Below are positions 38,701 to 48,192 of a stretch of DNA of 64,000 nucleotides, piece after piece; within the stretch, counting starts at the first letter, position 1; every line of letters starts with the position of its first letter. The translations under genes and the position numbers were made by a program. The stretch lies in the sequence record PV577658; one strand, given 5' to 3'. The stretch comes from Escherichia phage vB_EcoS_MM-2. The notes beneath the pieces are model-generated. The model ran no database searches and had not been told where the DNA came from. It saw only the letters and a list, made by a program, of their open reading frames with translations.

Positions 38701-39398
38701 AGGGTCTGAACAGGAGTACCTGTCTGAGTACCTACTATAACACCAAATTTTTCTAGACGATTTAGCTGATCACCTAGTTTAAGTTGTTCAAATGCTGATT
38801 GCAAAACGAAGATGTTGGAAGCAAGAGCTGCGTACATAATAGGTAAACTACCACCTATCTTAGCCATTGCCGCAAAATCACGAGTTGCACCACGTGCTGA
38901 ACCAGAAGTATTACCAATAGCTCTAGAAGCTCTACCAGCGGCACCAGCAGTGTCGTTAAAACCTCTAGCTGTACCACCTAATGCTCTATTAGTATCGTAT
39001 AATCTATCCTGGACTTTTTCTGTTGCAGCTGCAACATCATTACCCATTGTTTTAACAGATCTAGAAACTCCATCAAATCCGACTTCTAATTTATCTGCTA
39101 CTTCAATCATTGTAATAGCGAGGTCGTCTAACTTAGCCCCTATATCATTAATAGATTTAGTAACACTAAGCATACCCCTACTAGCTTGCATTTTAGTAAG
39201 ACTTTTCGCTGCTCTGTCTGCTGCCCTCTCAATGGAATAAAGAGTTCTGGGCATTTTACCTAACTGCTCATTTGTCAGTTCGGAAGCAGCAGCAGCATTT
39301 TCCAACGCATCAGATACGTTTTCAATAGACTTTGCAGTACGAGTTGCCCCCTTCTGTTTAACGTCTATTAGTAATTCTCGTATTAGCTTATCAGTCAT
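35718..39398 (-). CDS. tail tape-measure protein (T5 pb2-like)
   Basis: 1226 aa, long coiled-coil and Ala/Gly-rich segments. Confidence 0.8.
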   Translation of the reverse strand: MTDKLIRELLIDVKQKGATRTAKSIENVSDALENAAAASELTNEQLGKMPRTLYSIERAADRAAKSLTKMQASRGMLSVTKSINDIGAKLDDLAITMIEVADKLEVGFDGVSRSVKTMGNDVAAATEKVQDRLYDTNRALGGTARGFNDTAGAAGRASRAIGNTSGSARGATRDFAAMAKIGGSLPIMYAALASNIFVLQSAFEQLKLGDQLNRLEKFGVIVGTQTGTPVQTLARSLQEAAGYAISFEEAMRQASSASAYGFDAEQLNKFGLVARRAAAVLGVDMTDALNRVIKGVSKQEIELLDELGVTIRLNDAYADYVKQLNAANTGITYNVNSLTTFQKQQAYANAVIAESTKRFGYLDEVLRATPWEQFAANADAALRKIQQAAAKYLGPVIDAINTVFYTSQASISAEAARAQEKTNRQIDPTNVGAVALSLAASEEGYNKALDMYKESLDKRNKLKSEFDKRMEQADFYTKLAIRQVGEGIPVGLAAAGASEANKQFVAETAAMGLQVSRLDKEVEDSTENLTAWKSAFQTAGAAAAKANPEFQKQINLQKDVYDPDAVYDFNSAALKGLTEQQKAYNQTKKTSSDLANDFQNIATSTDTAAKTSATFEEVIKNVSSLSAGTGKSADEYVKSLNLGFNTLSEMKTASQALSEYVKLTGNETKNQLAVQQKIADVYNQTKDKEKAQEAGRHLELQQLEEQEAALRRVLQTNQGNKAVEKEIEKIQLEKLKLTNQGMEAQKKVKDYTDKILGVDREIALLNDRTMTSTQYRLAQLKLELTIEEEKYEWYLKQADKQKEAEQSRRAQAQISRELWEAEKQATATHVSALMDALEVSQTQRNVTGQSQILTERLSILQQQLELSKGNTEEEIKYRNEIYKTSAALEQLRKQRDSQMQQQVGSSVGAVYTPTTGLSGEDKDFADMQNRMASYDQAISKLSELNSEATAVAQSMGNLTNAMIQFSQGSLDTTSMIASGMQTVASMIQYSTSQQVSAIDQAIAAEQKRDGKSEASKAKLKKLEAEKLKIQQDAAKKQIIIQTAVAVMQAATAVPYPFSIPLMVAAGLAGALALAQASSASSMSSIADSGADTTSYLTLGERQKNIDVSMSANAGELSYIRGDQGIGSANSFVPRAEGGNMYPGVSYQMGEHGTEVVTPMVPMKATPNDELKASSNSTSGRPIILNISAMDAASFREFASSNSSALRDAVELALNENGASLKTLGNS

Positions 39399-39404
39399 GT
39401 TTTA

Positions 39405-39446
39405 TTTTTCCCAATAAAAAAGGCTCTGGGCAAATCACCCAGAGCC
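39405..39446 (-). terminator. rho-independent terminator upstream of the tape-measure gene
   Basis: ggctctggg-caaatca-cccagagcc hairpin; minus-strand T-run within the shared TTTTTTATTGGGAAAAATAAA module. Confidence 0.6.
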
Positions 39447-39481
39447 AAGCCTCATCGTGGAACGCCCATTGGAGGAAACTT

Positions 39482-39850
39482 TTACCGTGCACGAGATCTA
39501 GCATGTGGCTTAACGTTAGGAATCCTTCCGTTTTGCGGTTTATGCTTCTCAGCACGTTTACGTGCAGCATCTACAGCTTTAGCATCAAATATATTGATAA
39601 TGTGTAGAACAAATTCTTTTTCTATAGGATCAGTAATCCCATAAATATCAAATAAAACACCTAGTGCAGCCTTATCCTTACCTATAAAAATAGGAAAGTC
39701 ACCCGGTATGAAACAGTCAATCAGACTGTTATAAATATTCATACTAATAGATACAATAGGTGGAAAATCTTCGAGTTCAACGGGCATAGCCTTAGGATCA
39801 GGCTCTATACCCATTGACTCGCAAAGTATTAAATATTGTTGTTTAGTCAT
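39482..39850 (-). CDS. hypothetical tail-assembly protein
   Basis: Position immediately upstream of the tape-measure gene. Confidence 0.35.
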   Translation of the reverse strand: MTKQQYLILCESMGIEPDPKAMPVELEDFPPIVSISMNIYNSLIDCFIPGDFPIFIGKDKAALGVLFDIYGITDPIEKEFVLHIINIFDAKAVDAARKRAEKHKPQNGRIPNVKPHARSRAR

Positions 39851-39911
39851 TTTAGATGCTGAGCTTTTAATACATTTGTCTGCAAAATCAGCAACAGCAT
39901 CTAGAAGTTCT

Positions 39912-40316
39912 TTACGCTTTTGAGCTACGAAAAGTGTCTAAGTGGAACACTGTCTGGTTGATCCAAGAATCAAACGCAGCAGAGTTCTGCATGAGCATTA
40001 CAGCATTATCGCGGCTAAAAGGAACTTCAGTAGCAGGATCAGCATCTGTTTCAATCAGCATCAGTTTTTCAACGTCACCTACAGTCAAACCAGTCCAACC
40101 TTTAATAGCTGCGTCAACAAAGGCTTCAATGAACTTATCATCATCCTGTACCTGAACCAAAGTACCATTAACCCATTCATCGCGTTTAGCAGAAGAAATA
40201 ACACGTTTAGAGGTAGCACGAGACATATAGTTAAGTTCTAGTTTAAAGTTCGGCATACCTGGGTAGGAAAGAGTAATAGTACGAGTATCAAGAGTAATAT
40301 CTTTTAAATTAATCAT
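39912..40316 (-). CDS. hypothetical tail protein
   Basis: Track ORF in the tail module. Confidence 0.4.
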   Translation of the reverse strand: MINLKDITLDTRTITLSYPGMPNFKLELNYMSRATSKRVISSAKRDEWVNGTLVQVQDDDKFIEAFVDAAIKGWTGLTVGDVEKLMLIETDADPATEVPFSRDNAVMLMQNSAAFDSWINQTVFHLDTFRSSKA

Positions 40317-41212
40317 TTTTTAATTTCTCCAAAGAAATCTATTCTCACTGGGTCTGAAGAAGCAGTAGGTATAATGTCCCACTCAACTCTATACACATCT
40401 GAGAACTCTAGGCGTTTTGTAATACGTGCTGAAGGAAAATCTATAGAAATATTATTATTTCTTATCGTTAAAGGTAGATCTGTCTCCGGTTCGATAGTGT
40501 AAACCATATCTCCTGCAAAACGTTTTAAGTAATATAGAGAAATGGTTGCCGAAGCATTCATTTCATTTACATAAGCTCTTTTATTATTATAAATTTTATT
40601 TATATCAAAAACACTCTTATCTTCTCTCCAAGAGCACTGCTGTTGGAAAGATAAAGAGGCAGAAATAAGACCGGGTAAGATGCTGCCATTAGTAGAAGCT
40701 ATTACTGGGCTGTAAGACATTACTTCACCCTGTATAATAGAAGCTGCTTCTCTATACGTAGATACTTCGGAAAATTTTCCCGATTCAATACCAACATTAA
40801 GAATTGGTATGTTCTTATCTAAAGAAAAATCTACCGTAGATACATAACAGTTTTCAAAATATACACAGTTATTATCTTTATTTACTATATAGATATTGAA
40901 CATAATAGGTTCAATATTACTACTATATAGTGGGAGTAAGAAAGTATTACCTTTTCTATCAAAACCTAACCATTCAAAGAAGTTAGCCTCAGTAAGAGTA
41001 TTACTGAAATTTACTGCTAGAGAGATAGAAGAGGGGGTTTGAGCATTTATAATAGAGTCTGCATAGTTAGTTCTACGATGAACAGTCCTACGAAGAGTCT
41101 TGAATTCCTCGTAGGAAGTCTGTATATCATAGTTTGATAGGGCATCAAAATGAAATGCCCTACCATCATACTCAACTATAACTTTTGACTCTCTCATTAG
41201 AGAGTAGTACAT
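40313..41212 (-). CDS. hypothetical tail protein
   Basis: 299 aa between tail-tube and tape-measure genes. Confidence 0.4.
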   Translation of the reverse strand: MYYSLMRESKVIVEYDGRAFHFDALSNYDIQTSYEEFKTLRRTVHRRTNYADSIINAQTPSSISLAVNFSNTLTEANFFEWLGFDRKGNTFLLPLYSSNIEPIMFNIYIVNKDNNCVYFENCYVSTVDFSLDKNIPILNVGIESGKFSEVSTYREAASIIQGEVMSYSPVIASTNGSILPGLISASLSFQQQCSWREDKSVFDINKIYNNKRAYVNEMNASATISLYYLKRFAGDMVYTIEPETDLPLTIRNNNISIDFPSARITKRLEFSDVYRVEWDIIPTASSDPVRIDFFGEIKK

Positions 41213-41216
41213 TTAA

Positions 41217-42611
41217 TTAGCCACCTGCTGTTACAGTAATCTGTTTAGTACCTTTAACTCCAGAACCATCTTTAGCAGTAGCTTCTACAGTAACTGCACC
41301 AGTTTTACTAGCATCTGCTGTTAACAGTCCGGTCGCACTGATAGTAGCTGCATCGCCGGCAGTGATAGCCCAAGTAACTTCCTTATTCTTTGCGGAAGAA
41401 GGAGTAACTTCAACACTCATTTGAAGAGTAGCCGAGTTGTTTACTGTAGTAGCATCACCAGCAGATTTAACAGTAATTGCGGTTACAGCATTAGTAGCAC
41501 CATCACCATTAACAATCAAGTTATTAATAGTTGTTTTGGTATATTTACTAGAGAAGCCTAAGTAACCTTCATCACCAGCATCCAGATCAGATGGAATAGC
41601 TTTAAACTCTACTGAAGTACCAAGTACATCATCAGTTTCAATAGTAGGAATATTAACGTGTGCTTGTTTAGCTACCAAAATAGCCGCAGGACGTTCTTCA
41701 TCGTATTCGCCACCAAGTACTAGAGCAATTTCGAAGCGGTTAACTACCTTCAGAGTTTTGATAAGATCTTTATACAGCTCCATAGAACCAAGAGATTTAT
41801 CATTCAGATAAGCAGTTAATGAACCAGTTAGTTCAAATGCGCCAGTAAATGAACCGATCGGAATATTTACACGGGACATAATATTTGGGGTTAGATACGT
41901 GATATTATTATTAATGGTGAAAGTACCACCAGTAATAGGTATGTCATAAGACTTATTGGTATCCATATCCTTAATTTTCAAGATAGTCAGTTTGTTCTTA
42001 ATATAAGAACCCTGGATAGTCATATAAGTTTCATCATCAATACCTACCTCATCTGGATCAAATGGTTGCTCATCCAGAGGAATAAGCTGATTACCATTAC
42101 CAGACCAAGTTACACGGCCAATATCTTCAATATCAACATTAACTTCTGCCTGATTAATCTGACAGGAATCAATATAACTCCATGCTTTATCAGTCAGAAT
42201 ATAAATATGTAACATTGCTAACTCGTGATAAGAGTTATCTTTGAAGTTAACCATAAAGTTAGCTTCGTTATTGTGTGCCCCTGTATTACCCCCTAAGTTA
42301 ATAGCTTTACCACTAGAAAGTGCATGCCATAACATATAGTCAGGAACGATTTGCTTCTGATCCTCTTTATTGATATAGGGCAGGATGTAAGTGGAGAAAC
42401 TCCACTCAGCTGCGTTTAAAGAGTCATTAAAACGTTTAGAACCACGAGTTGGACGCGGACCAGCTTCATTAACAGTAATATCTGTTGAGTTACTGTCCTG
42501 ACCCCAAGAAATATCATCCTGAACTAGAATCTCTTGCGTGTTGGTCTTATTATGACCAGTCTTAACCGTAGACACGAAGATTCGAGTATTACGTAATAGT
42601 TGTAAAGACAT
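41217..42611 (-). CDS. major tail tube protein with C-terminal Ig-like domain (T5 pb6-like)
   Basis: 464 aa; C-terminal Ig-like segment (TVNNSATLQMSVEVTPSSA...VTVEATAKDGSG). Confidence 0.65.
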   Translation of the reverse strand: MSLQLLRNTRIFVSTVKTGHNKTNTQEILVQDDISWGQDSNSTDITVNEAGPRPTRGSKRFNDSLNAAEWSFSTYILPYINKEDQKQIVPDYMLWHALSSGKAINLGGNTGAHNNEANFMVNFKDNSYHELAMLHIYILTDKAWSYIDSCQINQAEVNVDIEDIGRVTWSGNGNQLIPLDEQPFDPDEVGIDDETYMTIQGSYIKNKLTILKIKDMDTNKSYDIPITGGTFTINNNITYLTPNIMSRVNIPIGSFTGAFELTGSLTAYLNDKSLGSMELYKDLIKTLKVVNRFEIALVLGGEYDEERPAAILVAKQAHVNIPTIETDDVLGTSVEFKAIPSDLDAGDEGYLGFSSKYTKTTINNLIVNGDGATNAVTAITVKSAGDATTVNNSATLQMSVEVTPSSAKNKEVTWAITAGDAATISATGLLTADASKTGAVTVEATAKDGSGVKGTKQITVTAGG

Positions 42612-42637
42612 TTAATTATTTTCTCCTAATCTGTAAC

Positions 42638-43123
42638 TTATCTGCGAAGTGACCTACGTGGAGGCTGATACCTCACTGTTACATTTATTTCTGCTAAACC
42701 ATATGGGGCCAGTAGACCCTCATCTGTACTAACTGATGTAATGATCATATCAGTTGCCTCACATGGGAAGGTCGATCCATTAGGTTTACTAACAGTATAT
42801 TCTAAATTTCCACCTGTGTCAATAACGGTTTTTATATCCGCTACGAGTTTTTCAAGTTGCTCTTGAATGTCTGTTTTCTCTTTATCGTACACCAGGATTG
42901 GAAGTTCTAAAAACATCCACTGTTGGCCCGAAGGAAGATACTGCCCAGTTTCAGTTCCGATATGGACTGCCACATAAGGAAACTCTCGTATTTCCTCAAA
43001 TTTATAAGTTTGACGAGAAACGTTTCCATATAGGTTATTAAAATATTCATCAGGTTGAGAGCCATCCAACTGTTTAGATATACGGTCAACCAGAGCTTGT
43101 GCAATACTTGTTCTATGATCCAT
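42638..43123 (-). CDS. putative tail terminator / neck protein
   Basis: Synteny between capsid and tail-tube genes. Confidence 0.35.
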   Translation of the reverse strand: MDHRTSIAQALVDRISKQLDGSQPDEYFNNLYGNVSRQTYKFEEIREFPYVAVHIGTETGQYLPSGQQWMFLELPILVYDKEKTDIQEQLEKLVADIKTVIDTGGNLEYTVSKPNGSTFPCEATDMIITSVSTDEGLLAPYGLAEINVTVRYQPPRRSLRR

Positions 43124-43126
43124 TTA

Positions 43127-43894
43127 TTAGGTTCCTTGATTAACCTTGATTTTATATCTAGAGTGAATCAGGTCTCTTGCAGCTTTTGCTATAGCCTCAC
43201 CAATAAGTTTTTGGGGGTTTCTAGCGCCTGGGTAAGGTCGTAGAGATAATCTTCGATATGTAGATACTGCTGGATTAAATACAGAATATGGACGTACCAT
43301 ATAATTATACGTCACGTTTAGTTCGGGGGCACCTTTACTAGTCTCTGCATCCCTAAGCATAACATCTTTAATTTTTAGAGAATTTGCAAATCTACCAGTT
43401 CTAAACTTTAATGGCGCTCCTGCCTTTTTCATATCTTTTATCAAATATTCCTTAGCAACTATTTCAAGAATAGTACGCATATTACTATTTGATACAAAAC
43501 GACCGGAAGCACCTGTTACTGCACCAGAATAACCATCTTCCACATCTCTAGGATCACCGAAGTTTACCTGTACTCTACCTGTAGAACGTTTTTTACCTAC
43601 AGCAGATTTTTTACCCGCGGTTGCTTGTATTAAGTTCTCTAGAGCACCTAAATCTCCCGAAAGATCTAAACTAGAGGATACCGCTTTTAGTATAGAGGCT
43701 GTTCTAACATCAAGAAGATCTTGTGATACGGGTTTTGAAAACTTAAAAGATACTTGAGCAACAGTACCATCTCTGGTAGGATCTTTTAACCCTGTCTCAA
43801 CAGAGTACACAACAGTATTCTTATTATTTTCAGATCGTCCTGCAGTATCTAGCTGCTCTTTAATAATTTGTTTAGCTAGATCGGAAAGAGACAT
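43127..43894 (-). CDS. putative head-tail joining protein
   Basis: Synteny. Confidence 0.35.
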   Translation of the reverse strand: MSLSDLAKQIIKEQLDTAGRSENNKNTVVYSVETGLKDPTRDGTVAQVSFKFSKPVSQDLLDVRTASILKAVSSSLDLSGDLGALENLIQATAGKKSAVGKKRSTGRVQVNFGDPRDVEDGYSGAVTGASGRFVSNSNMRTILEIVAKEYLIKDMKKAGAPLKFRTGRFANSLKIKDVMLRDAETSKGAPELNVTYNYMVRPYSVFNPAVSTYRRLSLRPYPGARNPQKLIGEAIAKAARDLIHSRYKIKVNQGT

Positions 43895-44406
43895 TATACT
43901 CTCCTGTATACTTCAATAATAGTACGAATATGCTCTGGAATACCAGACTTAGTGCTATTGAAGGTTACTGTTTCACCACCAATTGTTTTAGCTTGGCGAT
44001 AATCTTGTTTATGCCAATGATCTACTAGCATACACGCTGCTAACTTAAGATCTTCAGGCACTGGGTTAAATCCACCTTGTGTATACGCTACGTCCATATA
44101 ACCTTCTGGAGGATTAAATTTGAGAAGGATAATACCGTCAGAGTATAGTTTATACTGCTCTGGGTCAATCTCATTATCATTAATCGTCACTTTAGTTACG
44201 GAGGTAGCAGATGGTGAACTCAGAAAATATTTCCTACGTGTAGGTTTTGTATTGATTAACTGGTCTACCGCATCAGCATCATCCATGCCTAGAAGGCTCG
44301 TAATCAGCGCATTGGCAGCAGTAATCATCATTTCTACACCGGATTCTAGTTCAGGTCGCTTTAAGCTACCATATAATCTATAGTCTTCGGCTGTAATGAT
44401 TTGCAT
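43894..44406 (-). CDS. putative head completion / adaptor protein
   Basis: Synteny. Confidence 0.35.
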   Translation of the reverse strand: MQIITAEDYRLYGSLKRPELESGVEMMITAANALITSLLGMDDADAVDQLINTKPTRRKYFLSSPSATSVTKVTINDNEIDPEQYKLYSDGIILLKFNPPEGYMDVAYTQGGFNPVPEDLKLAACMLVDHWHKQDYRQAKTIGGETVTFNSTKSGIPEHIRTIIEVYRRV

Positions 44407-44409
44407 TTA

Positions 44410-44446
44410 TTTTTCCCAATAAAAAAGGAGAGCCGAAGCTCTCCTT
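44410..44446 (-). terminator. rho-independent terminator downstream of the major capsid gene
   Basis: ggagagc-cgaa-gctctcc hairpin with the same flanking module as the 39405 terminator. Confidence 0.6.
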
Positions 44447-44465
44447 ATCGGCTGAAAAGCCTGTA

Positions 44466-45842
44466 TTAAGATGCAGCGTAAGCACCAGATACAACGCCGT
44501 TATTAAAGTAACGTTGCAGGTTAACACGCTGAGTAACGTAGTACGCATCACGCTGTTTACCAGCTTGGCGCTCACGTTCAACAGTAACAGCACGCTGACG
44601 CGGCATTACGAAGTTATCTTTATAAACAATAACTGCGAACTCTGCAGAGTTAGCTTTAGCCGGGAAGAACTCAGAAACTACAACCGGCAGACCGTAAATA
44701 CGACCAACCTGACCTTGCAGTTTAACAGCATCATTACCAACTTGGGCAACATCCTGCCATTCTTCATCTTCCAGCAGATCGTAATAAGCATCCATAGATA
44801 CAATCAGTACCAGTTTGCTCAGTTTCAGACCATGACGGCCCAGTTTACGGCGCAGTTTAGAGATAGTTTTAGCAGTTACCAGAACAGAACCATCAGCTTT
44901 AGCTTCAGTAATAACTTTAGCACTATCGCCTTCAGCCAGTTTCAGCAGACCCTTAGGCTTACCAGTACCGTCACCAGTCATGAAAGCTTCTTCGATAGAA
45001 ACAGCGTGTGCTTCAATCAGACGCTTACGCAGCAGCGGTAGCAGGGAGAAGATTGCATCTTCTTCAGTTTCATCAGTAATGAAGGACTTAGCAGCCAGTT
45101 TATAGGTTTTGAACTGAATTTCAGTCAGAGCACCTTTAACTTCGTCACCAGTAGTAGCATCAGTACCATATGCGCTAGCATCTACCCAAGTAGCTTTACC
45201 AGCATCTGGTTCAACCAGCATAGTAAGAATTTTGCTGGACATTGGCAGTTCTTCAAACAGAGCACCAACTACTAGTTCTTTCTGCAGGTCACGAATAATA
45301 CGCTGGGAGAAAATAGTTTCGTAGCTTTCACTAGAAACTTCTACTGAAGAGGACTGGTTTACAGTTTTCAGGTGTCTCTGGCCATGTTCGGTATCAAATA
45401 CACCTTTTTCCATCACGTAAGACAGAAGAACCAGTTTTTCAACTTCATCTTCAAAGTTTTCCTGAGTACCGTACAGTGCTTTAGTTACGCTATCACCAAC
45501 GAAGGAACGACCTTCACGAGCTGCTAGCAGAGATTTGATTTCGTCCTGAAGACCAACAATAGTTTCCTGCTGTTTTTCTACAGTCTGTGCAAACAGTTCT
45601 GCGCTCTTCTTAGATTTCTCATCCAGGGATTTAACCAGTTCCAGAGCTTCTTCTAGCTTCTGACGATCTTCGCCAACTGCTTTAGAAACCAGGTCATTCA
45701 TACGAGCCAGTTCTTTTTCTTCCTGCTCTTTACGCATACGTTCAGCTTCAGCAGCTTTCTGAGCAGCGGTCAGACCTTCCAGAGATTTAGCCAGATCACC
45801 CAGACCAAGTTCTTCTTTCAGCTTATTAATATCAATAGTCAT
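44466..45842 (-). CDS. major capsid protein precursor with fused scaffold-like N-terminal domain (T5 pb8-like)
   Basis: 458 aa; coiled-coil N-terminal ~150 aa; strong codon bias; position between protease and neck genes. Confidence 0.75.
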   Translation of the reverse strand: MTIDINKLKEELGLGDLAKSLEGLTAAQKAAEAERMRKEQEEKELARMNDLVSKAVGEDRQKLEEALELVKSLDEKSKKSAELFAQTVEKQQETIVGLQDEIKSLLAAREGRSFVGDSVTKALYGTQENFEDEVEKLVLLSYVMEKGVFDTEHGQRHLKTVNQSSSVEVSSESYETIFSQRIIRDLQKELVVGALFEELPMSSKILTMLVEPDAGKATWVDASAYGTDATTGDEVKGALTEIQFKTYKLAAKSFITDETEEDAIFSLLPLLRKRLIEAHAVSIEEAFMTGDGTGKPKGLLKLAEGDSAKVITEAKADGSVLVTAKTISKLRRKLGRHGLKLSKLVLIVSMDAYYDLLEDEEWQDVAQVGNDAVKLQGQVGRIYGLPVVVSEFFPAKANSAEFAVIVYKDNFVMPRQRAVTVERERQAGKQRDAYYVTQRVNLQRYFNNGVVSGAYAAS

Positions 45843-45859
45843 TTTTAAATAATTCTCCG

Positions 45860-46492
45860 TTATTCTTTAACGTAGCCTAAAGCTATCGCAAGTTTTTCTA
45901 GTTCAGAAAGATTACGTTCTTGAGCTGGGACAGCTTTAGAACTTATTGCAGTAAAAGATTTACGCCATTCAGTATAATCATGACCATTCATACTCTTAGC
46001 GAGATTGAATGTTGAGTCCTGATTACAAGGTACAGAAACTACCGAAACTTCGTATAGTTCTAAATCTTTAATAATAAATATATCAGTAGCTTCATCCCAC
46101 TCTGCATCTAGGCAGCGGAATCCGATACTAAAAGTTTTCAGTACACCGTTTTTAATTAGCGAAAAGATAGCCGGGTCAGAACTTTCATAGATCTCACATT
46201 CGATTTCGAGACCCATTTCAGTAGGATTAAGATCAATACACTTGCCGATTGGACGACGATGGTCGTGTCCGAAAAGAATAATCGGGTTTTTCATGTAGTT
46301 AGCAAGTGCATTAGATGTTTTCCATGCAGAGGCAGGAATTACATCACCAGCGCGATCTTTACTAATTGTATTAGCGAATCCACGGATTTTTACAACACCC
46401 TCTTTGGATTCGCTATCAATAGATTTAATATAAGCATCTAAATGAACCGGTGCTGATTTTAACTTGTTATAGTCAATAGCAGCTTGTGTCAT
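45860..46492 (-). CDS. prohead maturation protease (T5 pb11-like)
   Basis: 210 aa, immediately upstream of the capsid gene. Confidence 0.6.
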   Translation of the reverse strand: MTQAAIDYNKLKSAPVHLDAYIKSIDSESKEGVVKIRGFANTISKDRAGDVIPASAWKTSNALANYMKNPIILFGHDHRRPIGKCIDLNPTEMGLEIECEIYESSDPAIFSLIKNGVLKTFSIGFRCLDAEWDEATDIFIIKDLELYEVSVVSVPCNQDSTFNLAKSMNGHDYTEWRKSFTAISSKAVPAQERNLSELEKLAIALGYVKE

Positions 46493-46495
46493 TTA

Positions 46496-46978
46496 TTAGC
46501 CTCCAACACCGGGATTAACCGTTACTGTGCATGCAGTAGAAGGTTTACTAACTTTCTTGCTATCTGTAACCGTTACTTTATAGACTCCCGAATCATCAGT
46601 AGCTGCTGCAGGCTTAGTATAGGTAGCTCCTGAAGCATCTGGAATAGGAGAACCATCTTTAGTCCATGCATAAGTATATGGACCAGTACCGCCGGTTGCA
46701 GTAACTGAAAGGGTTAATGCTGCTCCCTCTTCAACGGACATGCTAGCAGTTAAATCTTTAGAAAGAGTTAATGGTGGAGCAGGAGGAACTGCTTTACCAT
46801 ATGCCTCTACAAATTTCTTCCATACTTTACGGTTAGTATGCGCAGATGAAAGTCCTAGTTCTCTACGCAGAAAAGCGTAACTAGGAACATATTTATGCGC
46901 AGCAACCGTAGCAAAGAAGATATGAGATTCTGGCAGTTTTTCACCAAAAATGGTCTTTAGACCATTATAATCAATCAT
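46496..46978 (-). CDS. capsid decoration protein with Ig-like domain (T5 pb10-like)
   Basis: C-terminal Ig-like segment (LTLSVTATGGTGPYTYAWTKDGSPIP...GVYKVTVTD). Confidence 0.55.
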   Translation of the reverse strand: MIDYNGLKTIFGEKLPESHIFFATVAAHKYVPSYAFLRRELGLSSAHTNRKVWKKFVEAYGKAVPPAPPLTLSKDLTASMSVEEGAALTLSVTATGGTGPYTYAWTKDGSPIPDASGATYTKPAAATDDSGVYKVTVTDSKKVSKPSTACTVTVNPGVGG

Positions 46979-48192
46979 TCTTTATCTCCCTCGGTGGAAC
47001 CTTGAGGTCTACCACCTTCTTGACCAGACACACCTGTTGCAGAACCAGCAACGTTAGCAGGAATACGAATCTTATCCATCTGCTCATCATCTAAAGGTTC
47101 AAGGTTCAGCTCTAAACGAGCTTCGTTACCAGTCATAATACCATTATTAACCAATGAGGTTAAATGTTTAGCCTCAGCTTCTTTATCTGGTGTTAATGCA
47201 GCTACTTCCTTAGTATTAGGAGTAATCTTATAACCAAAAAAGAAAGTAAGAGAACTAGTCAGTTTGTTCAGCATAGGAATGATAGTCATGTAATAGAACA
47301 GTTCGATATTTGGTCGAATGTTCGCGTTATTACCACCATCAAGTAACACTTGCGGAACACCAAAGGCTAGACAGATAGATTTATTAAATCCTTCAATGTC
47401 TTCCTTAAAGTCTAGATCTTTAAAAGAGGATATTTGGGAGTACGGTTTAGCTTTCATACCACCATCTAGAATCAGGACAGAGGACTGACCAGTACTAGGA
47501 TTATAATCTAGTTGTAATTCTTCTTGTTTACGCTCACGCAATTTCTTGTTCAGGATTTCATCCGTCTCAAGAATAAGTCCAATCACGGTTCCGTTATCGA
47601 GGAATTTCTCTTTAAAGTTAAGCATCTTAGAACGCTTCTCAAGAGAATCAATAACAGTAGCAACACGAGATTGTCCAGAAATTTGAGAATTTGTGCCACA
47701 CACGTAACTGTTATCCTTTATAAAGATAATCTCATCTACGCGATAGTCTATCTGGTTATTAAATATAAATTTTTTGATAAACTTATTGGCATCTGCCTCT
47801 ACTTGCATTAATGCAGCAGGGACATGGTAAAGTGCTGTGCCATCCCAATAGATGTATGCACAACCTTCAAAAAGTAGGTCAGTGACTACAAGTCTACGGA
47901 ATGTGCTTATATCCATGAATGGATTAGGTCGTACATTTAAGAGAGTGTCTAGAGTCTTTGCCTTGATGCCATTGGCATACGTGACAATATTATATTTATC
48001 TCCGACAGTATAAGAACACTCCGCCGCACTATCTATAACCATATTAGCAGTTCTATTGAGAATCTCAATTTTACTGTAGGCTTGTCCAGTGGTAAAAGGC
48101 TTACGGTTAGTGCGATGACTAACTGGTTCCATGTCTCTTATAATACGTTGACCCGGATTTAGCTTTTCAGTAATCCAGCTTTTAAAACCCAT
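46975..48192 (-). CDS. portal protein
   Basis: 405 aa between terminase/HNH and decoration/protease genes. Confidence 0.65.
   Translation of the reverse strand: MGFKSWITEKLNPGQRIIRDMEPVSHRTNRKPFTTGQAYSKIEILNRTANMVIDSAAECSYTVGDKYNIVTYANGIKAKTLDTLLNVRPNPFMDISTFRRLVVTDLLFEGCAYIYWDGTALYHVPAALMQVEADANKFIKKFIFNNQIDYRVDEIIFIKDNSYVCGTNSQISGQSRVATVIDSLEKRSKMLNFKEKFLDNGTVIGLILETDEILNKKLRERKQEELQLDYNPSTGQSSVLILDGGMKAKPYSQISSFKDLDFKEDIEGFNKSICLAFGVPQVLLDGGNNANIRPNIELFYYMTIIPMLNKLTSSLTFFFGYKITPNTKEVAALTPDKEAEAKHLTSLVNNGIMTGNEARLELNLEPLDDEQMDKIRIPANVAGSATGVSGQEGGRPQGSTEGDKE

Noticed and set aside
38812-39240. 142-aa plus-strand ORF antisense to the tape-measure gene
   Set aside because: Nested antisense ORF with Ala/Leu/Pro-rich low-complexity product.
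39482-40316. Programmed -1 frameshift tail-assembly chaperone pair upstream of the tape-measure gene
   Set aside because: The two small ORFs are separated by ~60 bp and do not overlap; no slippery heptamer with an overlapping extended frame was seen.
44514-45041. 175-aa plus-strand ORF antisense to the major capsid gene
   Set aside because: Nested antisense ORF; the capsid gene is strongly codon-biased, which opens the opposite frame.
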